In this document: positions 1 through 14,105 of the stretch, piece by piece
Layout of the letters: each line of letters starts with the position of its first letter
How positions within the stretch are numbered: position 1 is the stretch's first letter
Source: Lysobacterales bacterium
GTDB lineage: Bacteria > Pseudomonadota > Gammaproteobacteria > Xanthomonadales > Ahniellaceae
Reading direction: 5' to 3'
DNA length: 64,000 nt
Assembly: GCA_031391205.1 (NCBI GenBank)
Contig: JANMUE010000446.1
Location: forward strand, 6,030 to 70,029
The notes under the pieces: generated by a model
Seen by the model: only the letters and a program-made list of their open reading frames with translations
Told to the model about the DNA's origin: nothing
Database searches by the model: none
Made by a program: the position numbers and the translations under genes

Positions 1-812
1 GTCTCACCGAGCAGAAGCAAGGACAGCGTCGCCCCGACGAATGGCGCTGTCGAAAAATAGGCACCGGTGCGTGCGGTGCCGAGATGGCGTAGCGCGAGAA
101 CGAACATGACCAGGCTGACGCCGTAACCGAACAAACCGATCGTCGCCGCGCCCAGCAATGGACCCCATGACGGCAACGATGCGCCGAGCATCAGCGCAAG
201 ACTCACATTGATCGCGCCGGCCACACCACCCTTGATCGCGGCAATCTGGACCGGATCGCCGCTCGATACGACGCGGGTCAGGTTGTTGTCGATCGCCCAG
301 CACAGGCAGGCGCCCGCGATGCCGAGTGCACCCCATGAAACGCCGCGTCCGGCTTGGGGGTCCCAGGACAGCAATACGCCGCCAAGCACGATCGCGATCA
401 TGCCAAGCACGATGCGTCGATCCACGTTCTCGCGGAACACAACCCAAGCGATCACCGCGGTCAGCACGCTTTCCAGATTGAGCAGCAAGGACGCATCGGC
501 TGCAGCGGTGTATTGCAAACCAAACATCAGCAATGCTGGACCGAGTACGCCGCCAAACAACACCGCTCCCGCCAGCCAGGGAATGTCGCGCGGCGAGAGC
601 GCAGCGTCGCCACTCACTCGACCCAGCATGCGCCTGCCAATCAGCCAGATAGAGAGTCCCGCGCCCGATCCAGCGTAAAGCAGCCCAGCGAGCAGCAATG
701 GTGGCATCTCGCCCACCAGGGCCTTGGCGAATGGTGTGCTCGCGCCAAACAGTGCTGCAGCGAGCAGCGCATAGCCAACCCCGGCATGAAGCCGCACATG
801 TGTTTTCGTCAT
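1..812 (-). CDS. EamA/DMT-family transporter, partial (3' end runs off the left edge)
   Basis: Own reverse-strand translation from the ATG at complement 810-812: MTKTHVRLHAGVGYALLAAALFGASTPFAKALVGEMPPLLLAGLLYAGSGAGLSIWLIGRR... It stays open to position 1 and is multi-helix hydrophobic, EamA-like. It is absent from the ORF track because no stop lies in the window. Track ORFs 4..447(-), 208..678(+) and 354..932(+) look like off-frame artefacts. Confidence 0.7.
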   Translation of the reverse strand, partial: MTKTHVRLHAGVGYALLAAALFGASTPFAKALVGEMPPLLLAGLLYAGSGAGLSIWLIGRRMLGRVSGDAALSPRDIPWLAGAVLFGGVLGPALLMFGLQYTAAADASLLLNLESVLTAVIAWVVFRENVDRRIVLGMIAIVLGGVLLSWDPQAGRGVSWGALGIAGACLCWAIDNNLTRVVSSGDPVQIAAIKGGVAGAINVSLALMLGASLPSWGPLLGAATIGLFGYGVSLVMFVLALRHLGTARTGAYFSTAPFVGATLSLLLLGE

Positions 813-912
813 AGAACTTCCTGCACGAAATGGATGATGCGGCGACGATTGAACCACGGGCGTGGTCGTGGCCTACACAGACAGGCTCGATTTCGGCAAT
901 GTTGCAGCGCGC

Positions 913-1503
913 TCAAGGCTCGACGCCGATGATGGCTTCAAGCCCCGGAAACGTCATGCGCTGGAAGATTTCATTGATCTCTTCCGGCGTCAGGGACTTG
1001 TTACCGTCCATCCACCACATCACGACAGCCCAGAGCGTGCCAACGACGTAGCGGGTTGCCAAATCCACGGCGGCCACGGGCGCACGCACGCGCTGCTGCT
1101 CCATGTCTTCGCGTACCAATTCTCTGAGCATGCGCTGCATTTGCTGCTCGACAGTGTGCTCGTGCTCGCGGCCGATCGTGGTGTGGTAGATGCGGCGATG
1201 GCTGTCGAGATGCTGGAAGAACGGGAGCGTGAAGGTGAGCGGCTCAGTCTTGCGGCCCTTGGCTTGCACGGCGGTGCGCCAATGCGCCGTCAGACCGACC
1301 CGCAGACGCTCAATGCTGCAGGCGAGCAACTCATCCTTGCTTTGGAAATGCGCATAGAACGTCGACCGACCCACCCTGGCCCGATCCAGCAGGTTCTGGA
1401 TCGTCAGCTTTTCATAGCCGCGCTCCATCAACAGCTGCACCAGTGCATCGAGCAGCAGTTCACGCGTTCTCTGCACGCGCGCATCGATTTTCAGATCGGT
1501 CAT
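913..1503 (-). CDS. TetR-family transcriptional regulator
   Basis: Track ORF 913..1548, start moved to an internal ATG (MTDLKIDARVQRTRELLLDALVQLLMERGYEKLTIQNLLDRARVGRSTFYAHFQSKDELL). This is a typical TetR N-terminal HTH. The gene is divergent from the ABC exporter genes. Confidence 0.9.
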   Translation of the reverse strand: MTDLKIDARVQRTRELLLDALVQLLMERGYEKLTIQNLLDRARVGRSTFYAHFQSKDELLACSIERLRVGLTAHWRTAVQAKGRKTEPLTFTLPFFQHLDSHRRIYHTTIGREHEHTVEQQMQRMLRELVREDMEQQRVRAPVAAVDLATRYVVGTLWAVVMWWMDGNKSLTPEEINEIFQRMTFPGLEAIIGVEP

Positions 1504-1522
1504 GGTTGTTCCTGGACAAATC

Positions 1523-1596
1523 GCAGGCAAATGTTCGGAATCGAACAAATGCCTGCGCGGTGTTCTTCGACTTCGCGTTGCCGAACAGTATGTTCG
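1523..1596. promoter_or_regulatory. Two palindromes sharing TGTTCG/CGAACA half-sites in the TetR/ABC divergent intergenic region (candidate TetR operators)
   Basis: 1523-1556 is GCAGGCAAATGTTCG-gaat-CGAACAAATGCCTGC (13/15 inverted repeat). 1582-1596 is CGAACA-gta-TGTTCG (perfect). Both lie between the TetR start (1503) and the ABC ATPase start (1630). Confidence 0.45.
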
Positions 1597-1629
1597 AAAA
1601 CACGACTATTGAGAACGGCAACGGCCACG

Positions 1630-2343
1630 ATGAACACAGATACCCGCAGCCCAGCGCCTGCATTGATTCAACTGCGCGACGTCACCAAGGACTACGTATC
1701 CGCCGGCGGTCGGTTTTCGGCGCTGAAGAGCATCAGTATCGACTTCCACGGCGGCGAATGCGTGGCCGTGGTCGGCAAGTCCGGCAGTGGCAAAACCACG
1801 TTGATCAATGTGCTTACCGGGATCGACAGCCCATCGACGGGCACGCTGGATATCGATGGGCGCTGTATCCACCAACTCTCTCAAGAGGAACTGGCCGTGT
1901 GGCGTGGCCGTAGCATCGGCATCGTCTTCCAGTTTTTCCAATTGCTGCCTACGTTGACGGTTGCCGAGAACGTCGCGCTGCCGATGGACTTCTGCAGAAC
2001 CTATCCGGTGGGAAAACGCCGTGCGCGTGCACTGCAGCTTCTCGAACGCATGGGCATCGCCGACCAGGCCGACAAGCTGCCCGCCGATCTTTCCGGTGGC
2101 CAGCAGCAGCGAGCCGCTATTGCTCGTGCACTGGCCAACGATCCACCGATCATTGTCGCCGATGAGCCGACCGGCAATCTCGATTCGAAGACCTCCGACG
2201 ACGTGATGGGCTTTCTGGCATCGCTGGCCGCTGATGGCAAGACGGTGCTCACGGTGACCCACGAACGTGATCTGAGCCGGTTCTTCACCCGCACCATCAC
2301 GCTCAGCGATGGCCATATAGCGACAGACACGGGAGCCCGCTGA
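1630..2343 (+). CDS. ABC transporter ATP-binding protein (MacB/LolD/FtsE-like)
   Basis: Walker A GKSGSGKTT, signature LSGGQQQR, Walker B IIVADEPT, H-loop VTHE. The ATG at 1630 lies inside the artefactually long track ORF 862..2343. Confidence 0.95.
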   Translation: MNTDTRSPAPALIQLRDVTKDYVSAGGRFSALKSISIDFHGGECVAVVGKSGSGKTTLINVLTGIDSPSTGTLDIDGRCIHQLSQEELAVWRGRSIGIVFQFFQLLPTLTVAENVALPMDFCRTYPVGKRRARALQLLERMGIADQADKLPADLSGGQQQRAAIARALANDPPIIVADEPTGNLDSKTSDDVMGFLASLAADGKTVLTVTHERDLSRFFTRTITLSDGHIATDTGAR

Positions 2344-4742
2344 TGCGTCCGCGTTGGCGCAAGGTATTGGCTGATCTGCGCTCAGCCCGAAGCCGCTTCC
2401 TGATGATGAGTGTCGCGTTGGCGGCGAGCATCACCGTCGTCGCTGCGATTTTCACTGCCTACGCGATTCTGAGGCGCGAGGTACCACACAACTATATCGA
2501 CACCAACCCCGCCTCTGCGCAATTGCATGTGGAAGGTGTCGACTCTGCGCTGATTCAACAGGTGCGCAAGCTTCCCAACGTCGCTGACGCCGAGGCCAGC
2601 GCGACGCTGACGGCGCGCATCGAGGTTGCGCCCAATCAATGGATGTCGCTGATGTTGTTCGTCGTCCCGGATTTCAGGCAGCTGCGGATCAATGCCTTTC
2701 GACCGGAGTCCGGTGCATGGCCGCCGCACCTGGGGTCCATGCTGATCGAGAGAAGCGCCATGCCGCTTACTGGCGCATCGGTCGGCGATTCGATCAGTGT
2801 GCAAACTGAATCGGGCGGCAAGCGGAAACTGGTGATTGCCGGCGTCGTGCATGACGCCGGCCTGGCACCGGCCTGGCAGGAACAAACGATCTACGGCTAC
2901 GTCACCCCGGAGACGCTGACCGCACTGGGCGAAAGCGGCACGCTCGATCTGCTCAAGATTGTCGTCAGCACGGGCGCTGATGACGCAAAGCAGATCCAGG
3001 CGACGGCCGGCTCGGTTGCCGATTGGCTGCAAACCAATGGCCACCACGTGCATGAAATACGCATACCGCCACCGCTGCGACATCCGCATCAGGGACAACT
3101 GAATGCCGTGGTGCGCATGCTGCAGATGTTCAGCCTGTTGGCGCTGCTGCTCGGTGCGATCCTTTGCGCCACCATCGTCGGTGGGTTGCTGGCCCAGCAG
3201 GGCCGGCAGATCGCGATCATGAAAGCGATCGGTGCGCGCTCTAATCAGATTGCGGGGCTCTATCTCGGCCTAGTGAGCGTGATCGGTGTCGTCAGCGTCG
3301 CGATTGCACTACCGCTGGGATTGCGCGCTGGCCGCGCCTTTGTCGCCGTTGTTGCCGAACTGCTGAATCTGGAGATCGCCAGCTACGCCGTGCCGGGATG
3401 GCTGCCGGCTGGCGTGATCGCCGTAGGACTGCTCGCACCCGTCGTGACCGCGCTGATCCCGATCCTGGTTGCATCGCGCCGAACGGTGCGCGAGGCGATC
3501 GATGATCATGGCGTCGCCAGAAATGGTGCCGGCTTCGGCGCGCTGGGGCGATGGCTCACGCGCGTCGGTGTTTCCGATCCTGGCCTCACGCTCGCCTTGC
3601 GCAATACCTTCAGGCGCCGTGCCCGTCTGCTGATGACCCTGGGCCTACTCGCCACTGCCGGCGCCATGTTCGTTGCCAGCATCAATCTGAAGATCGCATG
3701 GGAGGATTTTGTCGCGCAGGCCGTTGCTTATCAGCACTACGATCTGGAACTTCGTTTGCAACGGCCCGCGTCAAAGCAGCGGGCGATCGATCTGGTTGCT
3801 GCCACTGCCGGCGTTGCGGACGTCGAGATCTGGAACATCACGTCTGCAGCCCTCGACCAAGGCAGCGAGGTCGACATCGTGCGGACCTATCCTGACGGCG
3901 GCCATGGCGGACTCGTGCTGCGATCGGCGCCGCTACAGACGCACCTGGTGGATGTGCATCTGCTCGAAGGGCGTTGGCTGGACGCTGCGGACGATGATGG
4001 GATCGTGCTCAATCAATTGGCGCACTCGTCGATGTTCCAGAATGTGCAGGTCGGGCAACACATATCGTTGAAGATCGATGACCGTCCATTGCGCCTGCGT
4101 GTCATCGGTATCGCACGGGAGCTGTTGACGCCGTCCGCCGGCTATGTCACCGCAGCGACTTATGCAGCGGCAACCAGCGGAACGGAAGACGCCAACGCGA
4201 TACGCATCCGCTTCGCTGACACGGTGCGCAGCCAGATCACCGAGACGCTCGTCGCAGCGCTGGAACGCGAACAGATCGGCGTCAAGACCGTCATGACGAA
4301 GCAGCGCGTCGGAGCCGCCCAAGCCGGGCACATTTACATTCTGGTATTCGCGCTGGGATTCATCGCCACGATGATGGCCGTCGTTGGAACTCTGGGACTG
4401 GCATCGATGCTCAGCACCAGCGTGATCGAACGCACCCGCGAACTCGGCGTCATGCGCGCTATCGGCGCACGAAGTTCCGATGTACTGAAAAGCGTGCTCG
4501 GCGAAGGGCTGTTCGCCGGCTTGTTGAGTTGGCTGATCGCGATACCGCTGTCCATTCCGATTTCTGCTGGCGTTGGCAGTGTACTGGCCTCGATTTCCAA
4601 TCAACCCTTGTCGCTGACTTTGTCACCCGCTGCGGCTGGACTGTGGCTTGGCCTGGTGCTGATCGCCTCGGCAGCAGCAAGTTTCCTTCCAGCGCGACGC
4701 GCTGCGCAGCTCACTGTTCGCGAAACCCTTGCTGTCTCCTAG
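2343..4742 (+). CDS. ABC transporter permease, FtsX/MacB-type with two FtsX modules
   Basis: 799 aa with two repeated FtsX-like segments (IAIMKAIGARSNQI and LGVMRAIGARSSDV), each followed by TM helices. The start overlaps the ATPase stop by 1 nt. Confidence 0.9.
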   Translation: MRPRWRKVLADLRSARSRFLMMSVALAASITVVAAIFTAYAILRREVPHNYIDTNPASAQLHVEGVDSALIQQVRKLPNVADAEASATLTARIEVAPNQWMSLMLFVVPDFRQLRINAFRPESGAWPPHLGSMLIERSAMPLTGASVGDSISVQTESGGKRKLVIAGVVHDAGLAPAWQEQTIYGYVTPETLTALGESGTLDLLKIVVSTGADDAKQIQATAGSVADWLQTNGHHVHEIRIPPPLRHPHQGQLNAVVRMLQMFSLLALLLGAILCATIVGGLLAQQGRQIAIMKAIGARSNQIAGLYLGLVSVIGVVSVAIALPLGLRAGRAFVAVVAELLNLEIASYAVPGWLPAGVIAVGLLAPVVTALIPILVASRRTVREAIDDHGVARNGAGFGALGRWLTRVGVSDPGLTLALRNTFRRRARLLMTLGLLATAGAMFVASINLKIAWEDFVAQAVAYQHYDLELRLQRPASKQRAIDLVAATAGVADVEIWNITSAALDQGSEVDIVRTYPDGGHGGLVLRSAPLQTHLVDVHLLEGRWLDAADDDGIVLNQLAHSSMFQNVQVGQHISLKIDDRPLRLRVIGIARELLTPSAGYVTAATYAAATSGTEDANAIRIRFADTVRSQITETLVAALEREQIGVKTVMTKQRVGAAQAGHIYILVFALGFIATMMAVVGTLGLASMLSTSVIERTRELGVMRAIGARSSDVLKSVLGEGLFAGLLSWLIAIPLSIPISAGVGSVLASISNQPLSLTLSPAAAGLWLGLVLIASAAASFLPARRAAQLTVRETLAVS

Positions 4743-4881
4743 GGAAGCTCTGAATAAGCCACCACTTCGACTTCGCTCTACAGCGAAGTGCTTGCCACAC
4801 CCTAAAAAAACCTGCGGTTTTTCGCCCCTGACTCAGGGGGCTATCACGACTCTGGACTTGTTCAGAGGCTCTCTCTAGAGG
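4740..4881 (+). repeat. MITE-like repeat, copy 1
   Basis: Shares ~130 bp with 13386-13526, 15783-15988 (inverted) and 37758-37895. Terminal inverted repeats are GGGAAGCTCTGAATAAG ... CTTGTTCAGAGGCTC, with an internal palindrome CCCCTGACTCAGGGGG. It is flanked by CTAG on both sides. Confidence 0.85.
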
Positions 4882-4888
4882 ATCGATT

Positions 4889-5005
4889 ATGAAAAAGAAA
4901 TGGGCTATTGGTATTGCTGTAGTCGTCATCGTTCTGATTGCCGCTCATCTGTTGATCCAGAACATGGATCCGGCCGGATTCATGCGTGAGTTGCATGGAA
5001 TGTGA
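4889..5005 (+). CDS. Small hypothetical membrane peptide (38 aa)
   Basis: Own reading: GAGGA Shine-Dalgarno 6 nt upstream of the ATG. MKKKWAIGIAVVVIVLIAAHLLIQNMDPAGFMRELHGM has a single TM helix. It is below the ORF-track size cutoff. Confidence 0.35.
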   Translation: MKKKWAIGIAVVVIVLIAAHLLIQNMDPAGFMRELHGM

Positions 5006-5225
5006 CGATCCGGCTTCCTTGTCGGCAAACCATACACGTCTCGAAATGTGTGCGCAGAGTGGCTTGGAAGGCAAAGTTCTTGTGCCTGTGCGAACCATCA
5101 GTAATGACCTGCTCCAACCGCCTGCCGCTGACCGCGTAAGCGTCGGAGCGACTCACTGAAGAATCGGCGCTGACGCACACGTCAGCACGACGATTCACAC
5201 CGAGCGTTCGGTCACATGATTCGAA

Positions 5226-5468
5226 TCAATAATCGTGATTATCCGCCGCGTCGGCGGCTTCCTTCTGGAGCTTCTTGTCCTCTTGGCACTTGTCGTACTC
5301 GGCCTTGATCTCCGGATCCTTGAGGTTGATGTCCTTTACTTCTTTTCCTTCGAACGGCACGCAGGACTCAGGCACCGGCTGAGCTCGACGGTGGGCGCTC
5401 GGATCGTGGGCGAGCGCGGGAAGTGCGAGCACGGTCAGCAATGCCGCGATGAGCAATCGTGTATTCAT
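5226..5468 (-). CDS. Small secreted protein, unknown function
   Basis: Track ORF 5226..5549 trimmed to MNTRLLIAALLTVLALPALAHDP (signal peptide). It has a charged Lys/Glu/Asp-rich C-terminus and is the last gene of the czc-HupE gene string. Confidence 0.55.
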   Translation of the reverse strand: MNTRLLIAALLTVLALPALAHDPSAHRRAQPVPESCVPFEGKEVKDINLKDPEIKAEYDKCQEDKKLQKEAADAADNHDY

Positions 5469-5548
5469 GGTTGGAGCTCCTGTTGAAGTTCGCCGATCGG
5501 ATCGAAACGCAAAGCCAGTCGACGCGCTGGCATCGCGTAGAAAGAACA

Positions 5549-6163
5549 TTACGGTCTAAAAAGCTCGCCATAGAAGCCGCTCACGGTGACGGTTACTGTG
5601 ACCGGCTCGGTCCCAGCGTTGTGCCAGTACCAGCCATGTACCCCTTCGAAGGGTGCCGTGAAGGTGCCGGCGGCACGGTCCGCGTCGGCCATCCAGTAAC
5701 TGGTGAATTCGTCTTTGGCGGCATCGATCTTTTCGCCGTGCATGTCGAACTCGACGGCACCGCCGTCACTCAGCCAATTGAACATGAATTGATCGCCCTT
5801 GAGCATGCGCGCCTTGATCTCGGCGCCTTTGTTCGGCGCCAGAGTGACACTCATCTCGCCGGTACGAAATGCCGTGCGGCTCTCGACGACGTATTCGTTC
5901 TGCATCACATCCCCTTTGGCGGGGGCAGTAACGAGGGGAGATGCGGGCGCCACGACGGAAGCGGATGGGACTGGAGCCGCTTCGACTTCCGCGCTCATGC
6001 CGAGCAAGCCAAGTTTCTTGCCGATGCCGGTGGGGTCCATACCGAACTCGGCGGGCAATACGGTCGTAATTAGGACCAAGCCCGCGACAACGATGGCGAT
6101 AACGGTGGCCTTAAGCAGCTGGGATCGGGTGGGCAGCGGATTGAGTATTGTCGATGTGGTCAT
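5549..6163 (-). CDS. Membrane-anchored periplasmic protein, unknown function
   Basis: 204 aa with an N-terminal TM anchor (ATVIAIVVAGLVLITTVL), an Ala/Pro linker and a beta-rich C-terminal domain. It lies 10 nt downstream of the HupE-like gene. Confidence 0.7.
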   Translation of the reverse strand: MTTSTILNPLPTRSQLLKATVIAIVVAGLVLITTVLPAEFGMDPTGIGKKLGLLGMSAEVEAAPVPSASVVAPASPLVTAPAKGDVMQNEYVVESRTAFRTGEMSVTLAPNKGAEIKARMLKGDQFMFNWLSDGGAVEFDMHGEKIDAAKDEFTSYWMADADRAAGTFTAPFEGVHGWYWHNAGTEPVTVTVTVSGFYGELFRP

Positions 6164-6173
6164 GGATGCGGTC

Positions 6174-6896
6174 TCAGGAAACGAAATAGCCGGTGAGCTG
6201 GTAGCCGACCAGCACGAAGCCGGCGGTCATGAGCAGTGCGTTGGCGGCGAAGGCCTGGCGCTGGAAGGCATCGGTGCGCCGCCAGAAACTGATGGCGATC
6301 AGAATGCCGCCAAGCGCGAGCAGCTGGCCAAGCTCGACGCCCACGTTGAAAGCGATGATGTTGGCCACCAGTCCGTCCGGAGAGAGCGTGAATTCCTGCA
6401 GTTTGGTCGCGAGGCCAAAGCCGTGAAAGAAGCCGAAGATCAGCACGGCCGCCTTGGTGTTGGGCTGCACGCCGAAGAAACGTTGGAACGCACCGAGGTT
6501 GTCCAGCGCCTTGTAGACCACGGAAAGCCCAATGATCGCGTCCACCAGATGCGCGTTGACGTGCGTGCCGCTCAGCACGCCATACAGCAGCGTGACGCTG
6601 TGGCCCAGAGCGAACAACGTCACGTAGAGGCCAACCTCGCGCAAGCGATACAGGAAGAAGATCACGCCGAACAGGAACAGCAGGTGGTCGTAGCCGGTGA
6701 CCATGTGCTTGGCGCCGAGGTAGATGAAGGGCATGAGCTGCACGCCCGTGCTCTGCTCGATGAAGGCCTTGTCGTCGCCGGCGACGCCGTGGCCAAACAC
6801 GGCGGGCGCCATCAGCATCAGCAGGGTCGCCAGTGCAAGCGACCATCGCTGCCACGAGGGCGGATGCGGTCGATGGCGGAAGTGTTCTGAACTCAT
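6174..6896 (-). CDS. HupE/UreJ-family membrane protein (Ni/Co-type metal transporter family)
   Basis: Track ORF 6174..6941 trimmed to MSSEHF. It has a signal/TM followed by an HGVAGDD motif, KHMVTGYDHLLFLFG, and several further TM helices typical of HupE/UreJ. Confidence 0.8.
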   Translation of the reverse strand: MSSEHFRHRPHPPSWQRWSLALATLLMLMAPAVFGHGVAGDDKAFIEQSTGVQLMPFIYLGAKHMVTGYDHLLFLFGVIFFLYRLREVGLYVTLFALGHSVTLLYGVLSGTHVNAHLVDAIIGLSVVYKALDNLGAFQRFFGVQPNTKAAVLIFGFFHGFGLATKLQEFTLSPDGLVANIIAFNVGVELGQLLALGGILIAISFWRRTDAFQRQAFAANALLMTAGFVLVGYQLTGYFVS

Positions 6897-6954
6897 TCGT
6901 TCAACTCCTGGAAACAAGAAAAGCACTGCGTGTATCAACATCCCGCATCGCCGG

Positions 6955-11403
<4,449 letters not shown>

Positions 11404-11407
<4 letters not shown>

Positions 11408-12654
11408 GGGGTCAACACTCCAGATACAGCGGTGGCGCGCTCGATATCGGCCAGCAACCGGTGATAGCGCGCAGCGGCGTCGATCGTCTCGATCTGCAGG
11501 CCAAGCAGGACCGCACGCGTTTGCGCGACCTGCAGGAAGGAAAAGCGGGCGTCGTCGTAGCCTGCTTGTGTGGAAGCCAGGGCCTTTTCGGCGACCGGGA
11601 TCATGCGATCACGCGTCGTTTCGACTTCATGGCGAGCATGCTGCAGTTCCTGGTAGCGGCTATAAAGCGACTGATAGGCATCAAGTTCGGCCTCGGTGCG
11701 GCGCGCCTCGACGCGCTCGCGTTCGGCCTGCTGCTTTTCTGCCGCGAACGTCGAACGCTGGCTCAACCCGAAGGGCAACGACACCGAGAACACCAGCGCC
11801 TGATCATCGAAGGCTTCGAGGCGGCGTACGCCCAGACTCGTTTGGAGATCGGGCTTGCTGCTCGTCAGTGCGAGCCGCTCCTGCGCGTCGATCTGCGCGG
11901 ATTCCAGCTCGAACGATCGGTAGTCGGGATTGCTGCGCAGGCGGTCGGCCAGAATCGCCAGCGTTGGCACTTCGGGCAGCGTATCGAGCGCACCTTGCGC
12001 TCGCTCGAAGTCAGGGTCTTGCTGGCCCCAGAGCACCGCCAGCGTCACGCGAGCGCTGGCCAGTTCGTGCGTGGCGTCTTCACGTTCCAGATCGGCGCGG
12101 ATGACGGCCAGGTCGGCGAGTTGCAGATCCGCTTCGGGACTGCGGCCTCGCTGCACGCGATAGGCGATTGCCTTGCGTGATTCGTTGGCGAGCGCCAGGG
12201 ATTGGGTGGCGAGATCAACGCGGGCCTGCTTCGCGACGACATCGATGAATCGCTGAGTGGCAGTCGCCGCGAGATCCAACCGCCGCTGCTCGACCACATT
12301 CAACTGGCGGGCGATCTGCGCGGCGCCGACGTCCTGCCGCGCCGAGCGTTTGCCGCCGAGTTCGAATACTCGGCCAAGACGCAATGTCGCTTCAGCCCCA
12401 TGGATACCCGAGACCGCGCCTGTGCCGGCGACGTTCTCCAGCTCCGCGCCGATTGTCATCGGTGGCGCCAGGCCGTCGATCGACGCCTGATGCCGAAGCG
12501 ACGCCACCGTCGCATCTTCGGCGCGCAGCAGGGTGTTGCGCTCCAGCGTGCGTTGGACCGCTTCGCCCAACGTCAAATCGCGTGCGTCAGCCGACCACGC
12601 GCCAACGCATCCCGCCCCAGCCAAAGCCAGGGTCCACCATTTTTTCGAAACCAC
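11404..12654 (-). CDS. czcC: TolC-family outer-membrane efflux protein (CzcC-like)
   Basis: 416 aa with a signal peptide and two OEP-type repeats (LTLGEAVQRTLERNTLL ...). It is the first pump gene of the operon. Confidence 0.92.
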
Positions 12655-12724
12655 GACCTTCTCCCATCAGCGAAAAACGCACGCAACAGCACGCCGCCCA
12701 AACGGCGGCGATGCATCACGGGTT

Positions 12725-13105
12725 TCAGGCGATGGGTGGTCGGTGTGGAGGTGGCCAACAACTGGCCACAGGGGTCGATTCGGGGGACGCGAAGGCATCC
12801 GCCGAAGACGAAACACGATCGAGAGAAGGCAGGATCGCCTCGATGAGGGCGACCGAGAACACCGGCGACGAGTGAAAATGGGTCACCGCCACATCGCCAT
12901 CGGTGTCGGAATAAGCGATCACATCATGATGGTGATCATGCGGCAATCCGGCACGCAAGTGGTCATGATCGTCGATCACATGCTGGTGCAGCTCCCAGTG
13001 CGGAGCGCTGGCGAACAGCAAGCCCAACACCGTCAGCACCCACAACGCCCGAATCCCGCGGTGGCGGGACAGCATGTAACGGCATTGGGCGAGCAGCGAG
13101 GACAT
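12725..13105 (-). CDS. His/Asp-rich putative periplasmic metal-binding protein
   Basis: Track ORF 12725..13144, start uncertain (M9 or M14). It has a TM/signal segment followed by HWELHQHVIDDHDHLRAGLPHDHHHDVIAYSDTDGDVAVTHFH, and sits directly upstream of czcC. Confidence 0.5.
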   Translation of the reverse strand: MSSLLAQCRYMLSRHRGIRALWVLTVLGLLFASAPHWELHQHVIDDHDHLRAGLPHDHHHDVIAYSDTDGDVAVTHFHSSPVFSVALIEAILPSLDRVSSSADAFASPESTPVASCWPPPHRPPIA

Positions 13106-13385
13106 TGCACCAGTATGCATCAGCGGCCAGCCAGCGACAACCAACCTTCGCTCTTGTCGCAGTCTCAGCGTCCTGTGGCCAGACCTTCGGACGGCTGAGA
13201 TTTCGTTCTCGGCAACGATCAGTTGGTTCCAGTTCAGTGGAGCAGGGACACTGGAATCCGCAGTTCATCTCGCCATTTCCGAAAGCAACCGTGCAACGTC
13301 GGTTTCCGGCAACTGCGGTAAAAACTTTTCGCTCAGGCTGAAGTCGAAAGTGAACGGCTCGTTGATCGATCGCGGATACCTCACT

Positions 13386-13526
13386 TTACGGAAGCTCTGA
13401 ATAAGTCCCCACCTCGACTTCGCTCAACAGCTTAGTGCTTGCCACACCCCCAAAAACCTGCGGTTTTTCGCCCCCTGACTCAGGGGGCAGTCGCGGCTCC
13501 GGACTTGTTCTGAGGTTCCTTAGAGG
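13386..13526 (+). repeat. MITE-like repeat, copy 2
   Basis: Same family as 4740-4881, in the same orientation. It is flanked by TTAC/TTAG. Its right TIR supplies the TAA stop of track ORF 13520..13795(-). Confidence 0.85.
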
Positions 13527-13795
13527 GCACACCAGAAGGCGGCGAGGCCCCGGTCTGAGGTGCAGAGCGCAATGGGCCCCAATCCGGCAACCGTCAATCT
13601 CGCCAGCATTTCCACAGATCTCAAATCGGAGGCCGCATTATGTGCCTGGGCAAATCCATAGGTCTTCTCAGGTTTCAGCACATGCCGGGCGATGGAAGGC
13701 GTGCCTCCATTCTTGGCGTCGTAAAGGCACGCGAGAGCTGCCATGACCGCAAGCGAGCGACCCGTGAGCTTCAGACTCCGGGCGCATTCGAGCAC
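13520..13795 (-). CDS. Hypothetical protein, possibly a gene fragment truncated by the MITE
   Basis: 91-aa track ORF with a GTG start and no recognisable motif. Its stop codon lies inside the MITE terminal repeat. Confidence 0.25.
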   Translation of the reverse strand: MLECARSLKLTGRSLAVMAALACLYDAKNGGTPSIARHVLKPEKTYGFAQAHNAASDLRSVEMLARLTVAGLGPIALCTSDRGLAAFWCAL

Positions 13796-14105
13796 CTGGG
13801 CTCCATCGTGCGAAGCCGTTTGTCATCATCCCGCTCCGCGGCAAGGGGCGCTGTTTCCATTATAAAACCTTTTAGATACAAAGCGTTGAACCGCAAAGTT
13901 GTCAATTCTGCACGTTTAACGGCCAACAATTGGCGCGTTCTTCATTGCCGGTCGGCGTTAAGCGCATTCTGACTATTGAACTCATCGCCGCAGGGCAGGG
14001 CAGGGTGGTGAATCGCGCCACACCGCATCGCGTGATTGTCCTCGATCAAGATTTCCCCAACCGATCTTCGAATGTGCAGATGACGCTGTCAAAACATCCC
14101 TGTGT

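Noticed and set aside
862-1629. N-terminal 256 codons of track ORF 862..2343
   Set aside because: This part is antisense to the TetR gene and has no protein-like features. The ABC ATPase domain starts cleanly at the ATG at 1630.
12655-12724. Short hairpin GCCGCC-caaac-GGCGGC between the His-rich gene and czcC
   Set aside because: It has a 6-bp stem and no U-tract on the transcribed (minus) strand. This is too weak to call an attenuator or terminator.
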